A DNA stretch of 64,000 bases from a virus. The notes under the pieces were generated by a model. That model saw nothing but the letters and a program-made list of their open reading frames with translations, searched no databases and was not told the DNA's origin. The first letter of the stretch is position 1. The number at the start of each line of letters is the position of its first letter. The DNA lies in IMG/VR virus record IMGVR_UViG_3300025085_002722, positions 66,386-130,385 of that record. One strand, 5' to 3'. Both the position numbers and the translations under genes were made by a program. Below are positions 28,351 to 37,169 of the stretch, one piece after another.

Positions 28351-28859
28351 AAATAGACAAACTAGAAACTGAATTAAAAGATTCAGAATATAGGTATCAA
28401 AAGCAATTAGACGAATTAAACGATAAGTACAATAGAACACTAGAAAGTCTCGAAGATGCCAAGAATTCGCTTGACATAAAACCAAAAGAAGTTATAATAG
28501 AAAAAGAAATCATTAAGGAAGTAATTAAGGAGGTTCCTGTTGAGGTCGAGAAAATTGTCGAAGTTGAACGCAAGGTCGAGGTCCCAAAGGAGGTTGTGGT
28601 CACTCGCGAAGTCGAAGTCCCAGGACCCGAGCGTATTGTTGAGGTCCCCGGACCAGAACGAATCGTGGAACGAATCGTGGAAGTCGAAGTCCCCGGACCA
28701 GAAAGAATAGTCGAAAAGATTGTCGAAGTACCAGTAGAATCTAAACCCAAACCCAAAGTACCCAACAGTTGGACATTTACTCCAAAGAAAGATCTGCCAG
28801 TAGATAACGCAGATAATCCTACAGATAGTAAATACTACATTAAGAAACCTAAAAGTTAA
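28344..28859 (+). CDS. start-less -1-frame continuation (coiled coil plus V/E/P repeats)
   Basis: Reads NLKIDKLETELKDSEYRYQKQLDELNDKYNRTLESLEDAKNSLDIKPKEVIIEKEIIKEV...; first possible start is GTG 28596, inside the repeats. Confidence 0.7.
   Translation, partial: NLKIDKLETELKDSEYRYQKQLDELNDKYNRTLESLEDAKNSLDIKPKEVIIEKEIIKEVIKEVPVEVEKIVEVERKVEVPKEVVVTREVEVPGPERIVEVPGPERIVERIVEVEVPGPERIVEKIVEVPVESKPKPKVPNSWTFTPKKDLPVDNADNPTDSKYYIKKPKS
28485..28739 (+). repeat. VEVPGPERIV / EKIVEV protein repeats (articulin/alveolin-like)
   Basis: EVPGPERIV three times plus flanking (E/K)(I/V)VEV units, with varied synonymous codons. Confidence 0.85.
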
Positions 28860-30097
28860 TGACAGACGACAACAACACAGATAAAAGTTCACTATCTTGT
28901 AATTTTTGTGGTAAGCACAGGAACGAAGTTAATAAACTTGTAGCAGGTCCAGATGTTTACATTTGCAACGAATGTATAGAATTATCATACAAAATCATAG
29001 ACGATGAGTTCACCGAAGAAGATCTGCAATTAGATAATATTGCCGACCCTAAAGAGATACGTGAATACTTGGACAAATATATTACTGGTCAAGATTATGC
29101 TAAAAAAGTTTTAAGTGTAAGTGCATACAATCATTACAAACGGATTGAGTCACCTGTAGTAGATGATGTTGAAATAGAAAAAAGCAATATACTTATGCTA
29201 GGACCATCTGGTGTTGGTAAAACATTACTTGCAAAAACATTATCTAAAAAACTAAAAGTGCCATTTACAATAGCAGATGCTACAACACTAACTGAAGCAG
29301 GTTATGTTGGTGAAGATGCAGAAAGTGTACTAGAACGTTTAATACAAGCCGCTAATGGAGATATAACATTAGCAGAAAAAGGCATAGTGTTTATAGACGA
29401 AGTTGATAAAAAGGCCCGTAGCAGTGAATCTAACACGTCTACACGTGATGTTAGTGGCGAGGGTGTGCAACAAGCACTCTTAAGATTAATAGAGGGCACA
29501 ACAACGTATATTAATGTTGGTTCCAATAAATTATCAAGTGAAAAAATTGAATTCAGTACTGAAAACATTCTGTTCATATTGGGCGGTGCATTTGTTGGAT
29601 TAGATAAAGTGATTAAGGCCAGGCTCAACAAGAAAAATAAAATAGGATTCAATTCTGCACTTGACAACGAAAACGATTTAGACAAAGATGTTTATTTACA
29701 TGCCACACACGAAGATATTATACAATACGGTTTGATACCAGAACTAGTTGGTAGACTTCCTGTGTTGTCAGGTTTAACAGACTTAGATGTAAGCGACTTA
29801 ACACACATACAGAAAGAAAGTAAAAATAGTGTAAGCAATCAAGTCAAAGCATTGTATAAACTTGAAGGTATTGATGTAGGCTTTACAGATAATTTTTATA
29901 AAATTGTATCAAAAGAAGCAATTAAATTAAAAACAGGTGCCAGAGGAATACGAAGTGTATTAGAACAATTTTTTATTGAACTAACATATAACATTACAGA
30001 TCTTAAGGCACAAAAAGTCAAAGAAATTTACATTGATAATCTTGATCATGAAACTATTTCATATATCAAAGAGGTTGACAATGAAGAAGATAACTAG
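28859..30097 (+). CDS. clpX: ATP-dependent Clp protease ATP-binding subunit ClpX
   Basis: CNFC..CNEC zinc domain, GPSGVGKT, DATTLTEAGYVGED, RDVSGEGVQQALL, IGF loop, TGARG. Confidence 0.96.
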   Translation: MTDDNNTDKSSLSCNFCGKHRNEVNKLVAGPDVYICNECIELSYKIIDDEFTEEDLQLDNIADPKEIREYLDKYITGQDYAKKVLSVSAYNHYKRIESPVVDDVEIEKSNILMLGPSGVGKTLLAKTLSKKLKVPFTIADATTLTEAGYVGEDAESVLERLIQAANGDITLAEKGIVFIDEVDKKARSSESNTSTRDVSGEGVQQALLRLIEGTTTYINVGSNKLSSEKIEFSTENILFILGGAFVGLDKVIKARLNKKNKIGFNSALDNENDLDKDVYLHATHEDIIQYGLIPELVGRLPVLSGLTDLDVSDLTHIQKESKNSVSNQVKALYKLEGIDVGFTDNFYKIVSKEAIKLKTGARGIRSVLEQFFIELTYNITDLKAQKVKEIYIDNLDHETISYIKEVDNEEDN

Positions 30098-30103
30098 TAT
30101 AAT
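30075..30103 (+). promoter_or_regulatory. sigma70-type promoter for rpsU
   Basis: TTGACA 30075-80, 17-nt spacer, TATAAT 30098-103; GAGGT SD at 30121-25. Confidence 0.85.
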
Positions 30104-30129
30104 AAAAATAATATTAAAAAGAGGTAATT

Positions 30130-30543
30130 TTGAGTAATAAATTTAAAGGCAACGATATCAAGAAAGGATATCAATATGATCGCAAAAAGAAGCAAGACTT
30201 CAAAAAGAAGTACGAGCCACGTGATCCATTTGATTCTGCAATATATGTTCGCAATGGTAATGTAGACCAAGCAATTAGAACTCTTAAGAAAAAGTTATTA
30301 AAAGATAACTTTCAAAAAGAACTTGCTAAAAGAGAGTACTACGAAAAGCCATGTGAAAAACGCAAACGCAAAAAAGCACAAGGCGTAAAAAAAGCACAGA
30401 AATCTTTTCGTGATAAAGTAATGAGAGGTGAAGCATTGCCTCCTGTTAGAGGTGGTCAAAAACATCTTAAAGGTAAAAGATCACTGAACAAATATCGTGC
30501 AACTAAGAGGCTCCTACAACAAAGAGATTGGGCAAGGAAGTAA
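30130..30543 (+). CDS. rpsU: 30S ribosomal protein bS21 with N- and C-terminal extensions
   Basis: VRNGNVDQAIRTLKKK...ELAKREYYEKPCEKRKRKK core; TTG start with SD. Confidence 0.85.
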   Translation: MSNKFKGNDIKKGYQYDRKKKQDFKKKYEPRDPFDSAIYVRNGNVDQAIRTLKKKLLKDNFQKELAKREYYEKPCEKRKRKKAQGVKKAQKSFRDKVMRGEALPPVRGGQKHLKGKRSLNKYRATKRLLQQRDWARK

Positions 30544-30545
30544 GT

Positions 30546-31346
30546 ATGAAATATGACTTTGCACTTGTAAGTGGTGGGTTTGATCCTGTACACTTAGGAC
30601 ACTTACAAATGTTTCAAGATGCAAGTAAGTTAGCAGACAATGTAGTAGTGCTACTTAACAGCGACGAATGGCTCACTAGAAAGAAGGGCAGACCTTTTAT
30701 GGACCAAGTCCAAAGAAAAGCCATACTAGAAGAAATGAATTGTGTTAGTCAAGTAATCATACAGTCCCAAGATGCAGATGATAGTAGCAGTAATGCTATT
30801 ATGAACTTTGCTATAAGACATCCTGAAGCAAAAATATGTTTCTGTAACGGAGGTGATCGTAGTGACACCAAAAGAATACGAGAAACAGATGTATGCAATA
30901 AATACCATGTAGCACTAGAGTTTGGCATCGGTGGTGAAGCCAAAGTTGCAAGTAGTAGTAAATTACTGCAAGATTATACAACCACAGTCATAGAAAGACC
31001 GTGGGGTAGATATAAACAACTATATGCTGGTGAAGGATATGTTGTTAAGGAACTTGAAATAGATCCAGGGAAAGAACTAAGCGATCAATTTCATTTTCAC
31101 AGAAGCGAACACTGGATAGTATTAAGCGGTATAGGACATCTTAGGCAAGGTGCTACTAGACAAATGCCTGAAAGAGAATTTTATATTCCAGAAGGCGAAA
31201 GTGTATATATTAGGCCAGCACAGACACACAAACTAAGCAACCCAGGCCAAGTGCCGTTGCGTATAGTTGAAGTTTGGGCAGGAGAGATATTAGAAGAAAC
31301 CGACATTAAAAGATTGGATGTTGGACCAAACTACGGAGAAAAATGA
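30546..31346 (+). CDS. HxGH cytidylyltransferase fused to a type II PMI-like cupin
   Basis: SGGFDPVHLGH, NGGDR; ERPWG.Y, LS.QFHFHRSEHW, HKLSNPG, IVEV. Confidence 0.85.
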   Translation: MKYDFALVSGGFDPVHLGHLQMFQDASKLADNVVVLLNSDEWLTRKKGRPFMDQVQRKAILEEMNCVSQVIIQSQDADDSSSNAIMNFAIRHPEAKICFCNGGDRSDTKRIRETDVCNKYHVALEFGIGGEAKVASSSKLLQDYTTTVIERPWGRYKQLYAGEGYVVKELEIDPGKELSDQFHFHRSEHWIVLSGIGHLRQGATRQMPEREFYIPEGESVYIRPAQTHKLSNPGQVPLRIVEVWAGEILEETDIKRLDVGPNYGEK

Positions 31347-31792
31347 GAGAATTAGGAATGGCTTTATTAGGAACAATGGCAATAGCATTGTTCTTTGGAT
31401 TTAAAATTTATCCAGATTTAGAATACACAGGCGGTAGCAGTAATACCAGTTGCACAGGCGAATGTTATGTTGCTTATGTTGAACAGTTTGGTACACCAGC
31501 AGAAATAGAGCAACGTAAAAAAGAATTAGCAAGTGCTGATGAGTTCAGTAGTATTAGAAGTTTATGGGCAGGTTGTGCCGCATGTCACGGAGCAGATGGC
31601 GGTGGTATGGGACCATTTCCAAGTTTACAAGGTAGAGATAAATCATACATTGTAAACAGACTTGTACAATACAAAAACAAAGAACAAGTTGGTGCAATGA
31701 GTAGCACCATGTGGGCACAGGCAGGAATGCTAAGTGATCAAGACATGGAAACAATAGGTAAGTTCATAGAAGCAGGCTTACCAGGAAAATAA
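31343..31792 (+). CDS. membrane-anchored class I c-type cytochrome
   Basis: N-terminal TM; CAACHGADG, PSLQG, MW.QA..LSDQD. Confidence 0.9.
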   Translation: MRELGMALLGTMAIALFFGFKIYPDLEYTGGSSNTSCTGECYVAYVEQFGTPAEIEQRKKELASADEFSSIRSLWAGCAACHGADGGGMGPFPSLQGRDKSYIVNRLVQYKNKEQVGAMSSTMWAQAGMLSDQDMETIGKFIEAGLPGK

Positions 31793-31798
31793 GGACTT

Positions 31799-32239
31799 AT
31801 GGAATTGAAAGAATTGAACACATCGAAAGTATGCGATATACTAAACAGAATTGTGGAAATGGAAATGGCTGGAGTTGTACGTTATGCTCACAGTTCACTA
31901 ATGGTAACAGGACCTAACAGGATTCCTATTGTTGCCTTCTTACAAGAACAAGCAAACGAAAGTTTAGCACACGCCTTACAAGCAGGTGAATACATCACAG
32001 GCTTTGGTGGACACCCAAGTCAAAACATTTCTGCTATCGAAGAAAATCACAATCATAGTGTTGAACAAATTCTCACAGAAAGTTTACAACACGAAATGGG
32101 TGCTGTAGAAATGTACAAAGAATTGCTAATGGAAGTTGCTGATGCAAGTATTATGCTTGAAGAATATGCTAGAGGTCAAATTGGCATGGAAGAACAACAC
32201 GCATTAGAAATAAGGAAGATGCTACAAGATTATTCATAA
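31799..32239 (+). CDS. bfr: bacterioferritin/ferritin-like protein
   Basis: E..GVVRY, EQANESLAHA, HE..AV..Y, EEQH ferroxidase-type pattern. Confidence 0.8.
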   Translation: MELKELNTSKVCDILNRIVEMEMAGVVRYAHSSLMVTGPNRIPIVAFLQEQANESLAHALQAGEYITGFGGHPSQNISAIEENHNHSVEQILTESLQHEMGAVEMYKELLMEVADASIMLEEYARGQIGMEEQHALEIRKMLQDYS

Positions 32240-32463
32240 TGGACAACTCGCAAAAAATACATCTATCTAAAGCAGTAACATGGCGTATTTTAGCAAGTAT
32301 TATCACAGCAAGTTTGGCACTAGCATTTGGTATGCCTCAAAAGGCAGTAGGCGGTTTATTTGTAGCAGATTTAATTATTAAGTTTATATTATACTATGGC
32401 CATGAAAGATTGTGGTATAATTTAGCAAAATTGTTTGAAAATGATCAGAAAGGTAATTCGTAA
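32239..32463 (+). CDS. DUF2061-like membrane protein
   Basis: KAVTWRILAS ... LYYGHERLW. Confidence 0.8.
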   Translation: MDNSQKIHLSKAVTWRILASIITASLALAFGMPQKAVGGLFVADLIIKFILYYGHERLWYNLAKLFENDQKGNS

Positions 32464-33140
32464 CCAAACGCCTTACAATCCTTATAATACATATCAGTAA
32501 ATAACTCTTTAAACTCGTTACTAGGATTAGGATGTGTTGTTGGTCTTTCTATATGTTTGTCCAATGAACTGTTTTGTTCACCCGGAGATTCAATACCATA
32601 TTTGTTTTTCATCTCAGGCCAAAACTTTGTATCCATTTCTTCAAACCAATAAATGTTCCATGAATCCGTAATAAAATGTTCCTGGGGTCTAAAATGATTA
32701 TCAAATACAAAACTTTGTTTGCCTTCTTTGAATTGTGTTTTACTCAATTGATATTGTGCTTCGTTGGCCTTGTATGCTTTGAAATGTGCTACAGCAAACT
32801 CGTCTAATGTTTTAAAAAAGATATCTGTATATCCATGTTGTTTAACATGATTGTTTGCTCCTGTTCGCCACATAAACTCAGACATTAACCTTGTGTAAGG
32901 ATTACGAATTACTGTAAATTGATCTGTGCAATTTTCACTAGGCATAATTAATTCTTCAATTAGTTCTGCGTGAAAATGCTGTGGGTTACATGGTCTTTCA
33001 TCATACCCAGTTTTCTTAGGTTCGTTAAGATATCCCCATTCCCAACCAGCATTTCTAAATGAATTTTCAATTGCTGTGCCACCGCATTTAGGAACATGAA
33101 CAAATAAAACTAAGTCGTCTCCGTTATGAAATAGAGGCAT
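32445..33140 (-). CDS. sulfotransferase family protein
   Basis: FVHVPKCGGTAIE (5'-PAPS loop), RNPYTRLMS, HFRPQ, Y.KD..AFGY. Confidence 0.85.
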   Translation of the reverse strand: MPLFHNGDDLVLFVHVPKCGGTAIENSFRNAGWEWGYLNEPKKTGYDERPCNPQHFHAELIEELIMPSENCTDQFTVIRNPYTRLMSEFMWRTGANNHVKQHGYTDIFFKTLDEFAVAHFKAYKANEAQYQLSKTQFKEGKQSFVFDNHFRPQEHFITDSWNIYWFEEMDTKFWPEMKNKYGIESPGEQNSSLDKHIERPTTHPNPSNEFKELFTDMYYKDCKAFGYELPF

Positions 33141-33147
33141 TTTTTTC

Positions 33148-33176
33148 TTGACCTTTGTTGCTCATTGTGTTATATT
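33148..33176 (+). promoter_or_regulatory. sigma70-type promoter overlapping a minus-strand late promoter
   Basis: TTGACC-17-TATATT with TG extension; ATAAATA on the minus strand at 33173-79. Confidence 0.6.
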
Positions 33177-33183
33177 TATAACT

Positions 33184-33672
33184 ATGACAATGCATTTACA
33201 ACAAGGTCTGAGTACCATAAACACTCGTAAGACACGCAAGATGCCTAAGTTGACTAAGGCGAAACTTGCTGAACTAGAACTTAGATGGCGTAAACATAAC
33301 AAAGAAATGAAACGTACTCACATGCATCATATGAGATATGAGACTTTGCAGGAGTATATTGATTACTGTTACGGTAGAGTAAAAATGCCTGACCCACGTG
33401 ATTATAGACACTTCAAAGTAAACAAGCCTACTCCAAGTTGGCGAGTCGAACAAGACAAAGAGCACAGAGAAAAGTATCCAAGTCTTATGGAACAACAAAT
33501 GAAACAAGGCACGTTTAATACTGGCATGGATGGTAAAGGTACTAAGAAGGAGCCTATGAAGTACACAGGCGACCTTATACAGGGTATTGCTACTATGCAC
33601 AAAAGTAATGCGGTGCCTGTAATGAAAGGCACAGATCAAGCAAAAGACATAGCAAGAATGAGGAGAGGCTAA
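33184..33672 (+). CDS. conserved hypothetical myovirus protein
   Basis: C-terminal YTG..I.GIATMHKSNAVPV...AKDIARMRR; ATG 33184. Confidence 0.7.
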   Translation: MTMHLQQGLSTINTRKTRKMPKLTKAKLAELELRWRKHNKEMKRTHMHHMRYETLQEYIDYCYGRVKMPDPRDYRHFKVNKPTPSWRVEQDKEHREKYPSLMEQQMKQGTFNTGMDGKGTKKEPMKYTGDLIQGIATMHKSNAVPVMKGTDQAKDIARMRRG

Positions 33673-33827
33673 TGTTTGAGAAGATAGTTGAATTTATTGT
33701 TATAGCCATGGTTTTAGGAATTTTAGGTGCTGGTATTTATGTAGCATTTGATAGTCGTTATGAAATGATAGAAAAACAAAAATACTTCGATGATGCAAAT
33801 AATTTAGATACAGATAAAATTGCATGA
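33672..33827 (+). CDS. small membrane protein (51 aa)
   Basis: Hand translation MFEKIVEFIVIAMVLGILGAGIYVAF...; AGGAG SD; overlaps both neighbours. Confidence 0.6.
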   Translation: MFEKIVEFIVIAMVLGILGAGIYVAFDSRYEMIEKQKYFDDANNLDTDKIA

Positions 33828-34018
33828 ATCAAAATTATCAAGAACTATTGAGACAACACTATGCCGCACAAGGTATAGTAATACCTGCAGAATTTGAATT
33901 GCCTGTATGTGATCACCCAATAGAAAAATGGTGTAGTAACTGCGACTACGATTGTGAAACTTATGAGAAGATAACGCATACTAGAAAATATCCTCAAATT
34001 TATTTTTTCGATGATTGA
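33824..34018 (+). CDS. hypothetical Cys-rich small protein
   Basis: CDH...WCSNCDYDC. Confidence 0.5.
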   Translation: MNQNYQELLRQHYAAQGIVIPAEFELPVCDHPIEKWCSNCDYDCETYEKITHTRKYPQIYFFDD

Positions 34019-34268
34019 ATTAGCAAAATTACAAAACAGTGAATTAATCTACGGCACATACGAAGAATGCGAGGCCTATGCAGAACAGCAAGACTCTTGT
34101 GTTGATAGATATTTTGACCACGTTAATCCCTCCACAGTATACAAAAACTTTAAATATGTAGGCAATAACATCAGTAACCCTTATAGTGTAAGTGTACCTT
34201 TTGATTACAGAAAGCAAAGGACTAAAGGCACATTTAACAATGCAGGGGTGAATCAAGATAAATGGTAA
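34011..34268 (+). CDS. hypothetical protein
   Basis: 85-aa ORF in operon. Confidence 0.55.
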   Translation: MIELAKLQNSELIYGTYEECEAYAEQQDSCVDRYFDHVNPSTVYKNFKYVGNNISNPYSVSVPFDYRKQRTKGTFNNAGVNQDKW

Positions 34269-34274
34269 ACAAAC

Positions 34275-34415
34275 ATGTCAGCAGATAAGCACTTCACAGG
34301 CAAAGGCTCTAAACAAAGACCAATTAAAGATCAAAAACAGTTTGACGATAATTGGGACAGAATATTTGGTAAAAAGAAATCAAAAGATGATAAAAATAAA
34401 TCCAACCCCAGTTGA
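34275..34415 (+). CDS. small phage protein (46 aa; missed by the ORF track)
   Basis: Hand translation MSADKHFTGKGSKQRPIKDQKQFDDNWDRIFGKKK...; GKGS..RP...NWDRIF motif. Confidence 0.7.
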   Translation: MSADKHFTGKGSKQRPIKDQKQFDDNWDRIFGKKKSKDDKNKSNPS

Positions 34416-35010
34416 TAGCGGCATTCCTATTTGGGAGGGTTCTTTAACATGGAAACTCAAACCAGAAGAGATTATCAATCAAACCGAATGGGCCAAAATC
34501 GAAGATGGTAAACACTTATTAACTGAGCCATCAGGTAATACTATTAGAAATTTAGAAAATCTATTAGGCTATTTTGGTTCTCATAGAATTATTAATAATC
34601 TACCAATAGAAGAAATTGGCGACCATCTATATGAACAATGGGCAACTGACAACATAAGAGATCCCGAATATTTAAAAACAATATTAAGTTATCATTCTAG
34701 TATTGTTAAGCACGATGTAGGATATAAAAAAGTCCCATTTAATGATAATAGGATTATATTTGGTAAAATTATTGTAAATTTAAATGATTATCTATTAACA
34801 CCGCCAGTATTATTTACAAGTAATATGGATTGGCCAGTTACCGATGTAATAGTAGAAAAGGACTGGGATTATCTAGATGCACTTTTCTTTCTAAATAGTA
34901 ACAATTTTTATTATGGCTCACAAAATAACACCAAGCGAGAATGCTACTTTTTAGAGTGCGATTTAGCACTTGAGCCACTTTTTCTGGTTGACAGAGACTC
35001 CTTAATTTAG
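34387..35010 (+). CDS. hypothetical protein
   Basis: Long ORF; likely ATG 34387. Confidence 0.55.
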   Translation: MIKINPTPVDSGIPIWEGSLTWKLKPEEIINQTEWAKIEDGKHLLTEPSGNTIRNLENLLGYFGSHRIINNLPIEEIGDHLYEQWATDNIRDPEYLKTILSYHSSIVKHDVGYKKVPFNDNRIIFGKIIVNLNDYLLTPPVLFTSNMDWPVTDVIVEKDWDYLDALFFLNSNNFYYGSQNNTKRECYFLECDLALEPLFLVDRDSLI

Positions 35011-35016
35011 TATAAT
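34988..35016 (+). promoter_or_regulatory. sigma70-type promoter
   Basis: TTGACA-17-TATAAT. Confidence 0.85.
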
Positions 35017-35041
35017 ATACTTAAATTGTTAGGAGTTAAAT

Positions 35042-35347
35042 ATGATCGAAATACTACAGGAAATAACTGATTGGGGCAAGTATCCAGTTGCCAATGGTGT
35101 GTATCATGTTAATAGTGCAGGTCAACTTGTTCAGCACAATGATACAGTATTTAAAAATCCAATTAAACAGTTTTCTAAAGCAAGGCGTAAGTTTACTAAG
35201 ATAGGCGAACGACCAGAAGAACTTGCCGCCGATGTTATCCAAGTACAAGGTAGCAATGGCAAAGTATACACTATTGAAGATGGCAAATGCAGTTGCCCTG
35301 GTTATACGTTTAGGGGGAACTGTAAGCATGTTAAACAAGTTGCTTAA
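35042..35347 (+). CDS. SWIM zinc-finger protein
   Basis: V.GS.G..Y ... CSCPGYTFRGNCKH; AGGAG SD. Confidence 0.85.
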   Translation: MIEILQEITDWGKYPVANGVYHVNSAGQLVQHNDTVFKNPIKQFSKARRKFTKIGERPEELAADVIQVQGSNGKVYTIEDGKCSCPGYTFRGNCKHVKQVA

Positions 35348-37130
35348 AACTATAGTCGATATAAGTGTTGTTGCTTTATTAGTATTTGGCTTAACAGCAT
35401 GTGGAGGCGGTGGTGGTTCATCGGCTGTCGCTACAACTACATCTGCACCAACATATCCTGCTAATGGTACAAAATCAGGTAGTGAATATTGTGGCACCGA
35501 TGACAATGAATGGACATTATATCAAGACTATCATAACGGTAGCGGTGGTACTTACACATCAGTAGTTGAAGAAAATTCTGCTACTTGTGGCTGGAAAGAA
35601 TTACCAGCATGGCAAGGCGAAGACTATAGCGAGTATGACAGCAACTCTGATCAATATGCAGTAATACAATACAACAGAAAAGAATTTGACGAGTATGACT
35701 TGTCTGCAATGGAACTTAATTTAGAAGGTAATGAATACTTTGCATACAAAAATACAGGCATGATGTATTCTGAAAACACAGGTTGGCGTAATGCAAGTAC
35801 ATGGCATGAACACGAACAATCAGAAGCCGGCTACTCATATAGTTACGAAAAAGGCCCAGCACCTATTGTAATGGACATTAACGGCGATGGCTTACAAGAC
35901 ATGATGTATGCACATAGGTTTGGTCCCAACCACAACGACTGGTTACCACGTACAAAACTTATACCACTTGTGAATCAAGGCAATGGAAGACTACATGTTG
36001 ATCCAGATGTATTTGTAGGTTACGAGATTCCATTTAGTAGTAACATGTATGTAAGTCATGTTGCTGATTTTAATGGAGATGGCAAAGACGACTTTCTAAA
36101 TATAGGTGAAGGTCCTGTGCTATTGCTGTCTGAGTATGGTGGACTTGCTAACCACACAGATAGATTGATATCACAAATGACCGATATAGGTTCATTAAAT
36201 AGCGAAAAATATGCAAATGGCATAGTAGAATTTAATGTATGGACTCACACTACTGCAATTGGCGACTTAGACGGTAATGGTACTATAGATGTATTTGTGC
36301 CGTCTCCATTAGTAGATCAAAATCATAATTGCCCAGATGCACTTTATTGTATTGCATTCACTATGTTAAATGACGGTGATGGCAATTTTACATTAGGTTC
36401 AGTGAACATGCCTTTTGTAGCAAGTGCAGGTGGCAGTTGGATAGACGACTTTAATAACGATGGTTATGGCGATATTGCAATACTATCTAGTTCAGAACAT
36501 AACCCATGTACTGACTGCAATGGATATGTAATGTATGGTAATGCAGACGGAGACTATACCAGAGATATTAGACCGCTACCTAAGAATTCAGAAAGCCAAA
36601 ATGGTTCATTGCAAATTATAGGTACTGACTTAAATGACGATGGCTTAACAGATTTAATTACAGGCCACACAGGTTCAGAAGGATACTATGTTGGGCATCA
36701 GTATCAAGTTTTTATTAACGGTGGCGATGGCAATTGGACTAATGAAACTCAAACATACATAGAAACAAAAGAAGTAGAAGGGCACCCAACCCACGGAGTT
36801 CAATTAGCATACGCCAAGTATGTTGATATGAATGGAGATGGCCATGAAGATATTGTATCAACAGGTTCGTGGTCATCACCTATTTATATTTGGGAGAATG
36901 GTAAATTTGTAATGCAGGGCAGACTAATAGACTACCTACCATATGCAGGTACAACAGCCAACTGTGACCCTACACAAGACCATACATGTGGTAGTGTAAT
37001 ACAAGGACACAACCCTATTAACATTAACGGAGATAACATATTAGATTTTGTACAAGTTATAGAATACGGCTCAGATCAAATGTCTGGAATAGTATTAACG
37101 CAAATAAATGGTAAAAAATTGCCTTTTTAG
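35328..37130 (+). CDS. FG-GAP/VCBS repeat lipoprotein
   Basis: Lipobox LTAC then GGGGGSS; about 7 DxNxDG repeats (DINGDGLQD, DFNGDGKDD, DLDGNGTID, DFNNDGYGD, DLNDDGLTD, DMNGDGHED). Confidence 0.85.
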   Translation: MLNKLLKTIVDISVVALLVFGLTACGGGGGSSAVATTTSAPTYPANGTKSGSEYCGTDDNEWTLYQDYHNGSGGTYTSVVEENSATCGWKELPAWQGEDYSEYDSNSDQYAVIQYNRKEFDEYDLSAMELNLEGNEYFAYKNTGMMYSENTGWRNASTWHEHEQSEAGYSYSYEKGPAPIVMDINGDGLQDMMYAHRFGPNHNDWLPRTKLIPLVNQGNGRLHVDPDVFVGYEIPFSSNMYVSHVADFNGDGKDDFLNIGEGPVLLLSEYGGLANHTDRLISQMTDIGSLNSEKYANGIVEFNVWTHTTAIGDLDGNGTIDVFVPSPLVDQNHNCPDALYCIAFTMLNDGDGNFTLGSVNMPFVASAGGSWIDDFNNDGYGDIAILSSSEHNPCTDCNGYVMYGNADGDYTRDIRPLPKNSESQNGSLQIIGTDLNDDGLTDLITGHTGSEGYYVGHQYQVFINGGDGNWTNETQTYIETKEVEGHPTHGVQLAYAKYVDMNGDGHEDIVSTGSWSSPIYIWENGKFVMQGRLIDYLPYAGTTANCDPTQDHTCGSVIQGHNPININGDNILDFVQVIEYGSDQMSGIVLTQINGKKLPF

Positions 37131-37131
37131 G

Positions 37132-37159
37132 TTGATTTTTATCCAAAAAGCACTATAAT
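37132..37159 (+). promoter_or_regulatory. sigma70-type promoter upstream of the hsp20 leader
   Basis: TTGATT-16-TATAAT. Confidence 0.55.
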
Positions 37160-37169
37160 ATATATTATA

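Noticed and set aside
28485-28739. Possible CRISPR array or DNA-level repeat element
   Set aside because: Repeats are conserved at the protein level with synonymous variation and have no unique spacers.
28397-28892. Minus-strand ORFs of 122 and 150 aa
   Set aside because: Antisense shadows of the V/E/P repeat; low-complexity S/T/F translations.
31781-31792. Frameshift at the GK* end of the cytochrome c gene (CCA GGA AAA TAA)
   Set aside because: Not an X_XXY_YYZ heptamer, and the next gene has its own SD and ATG.
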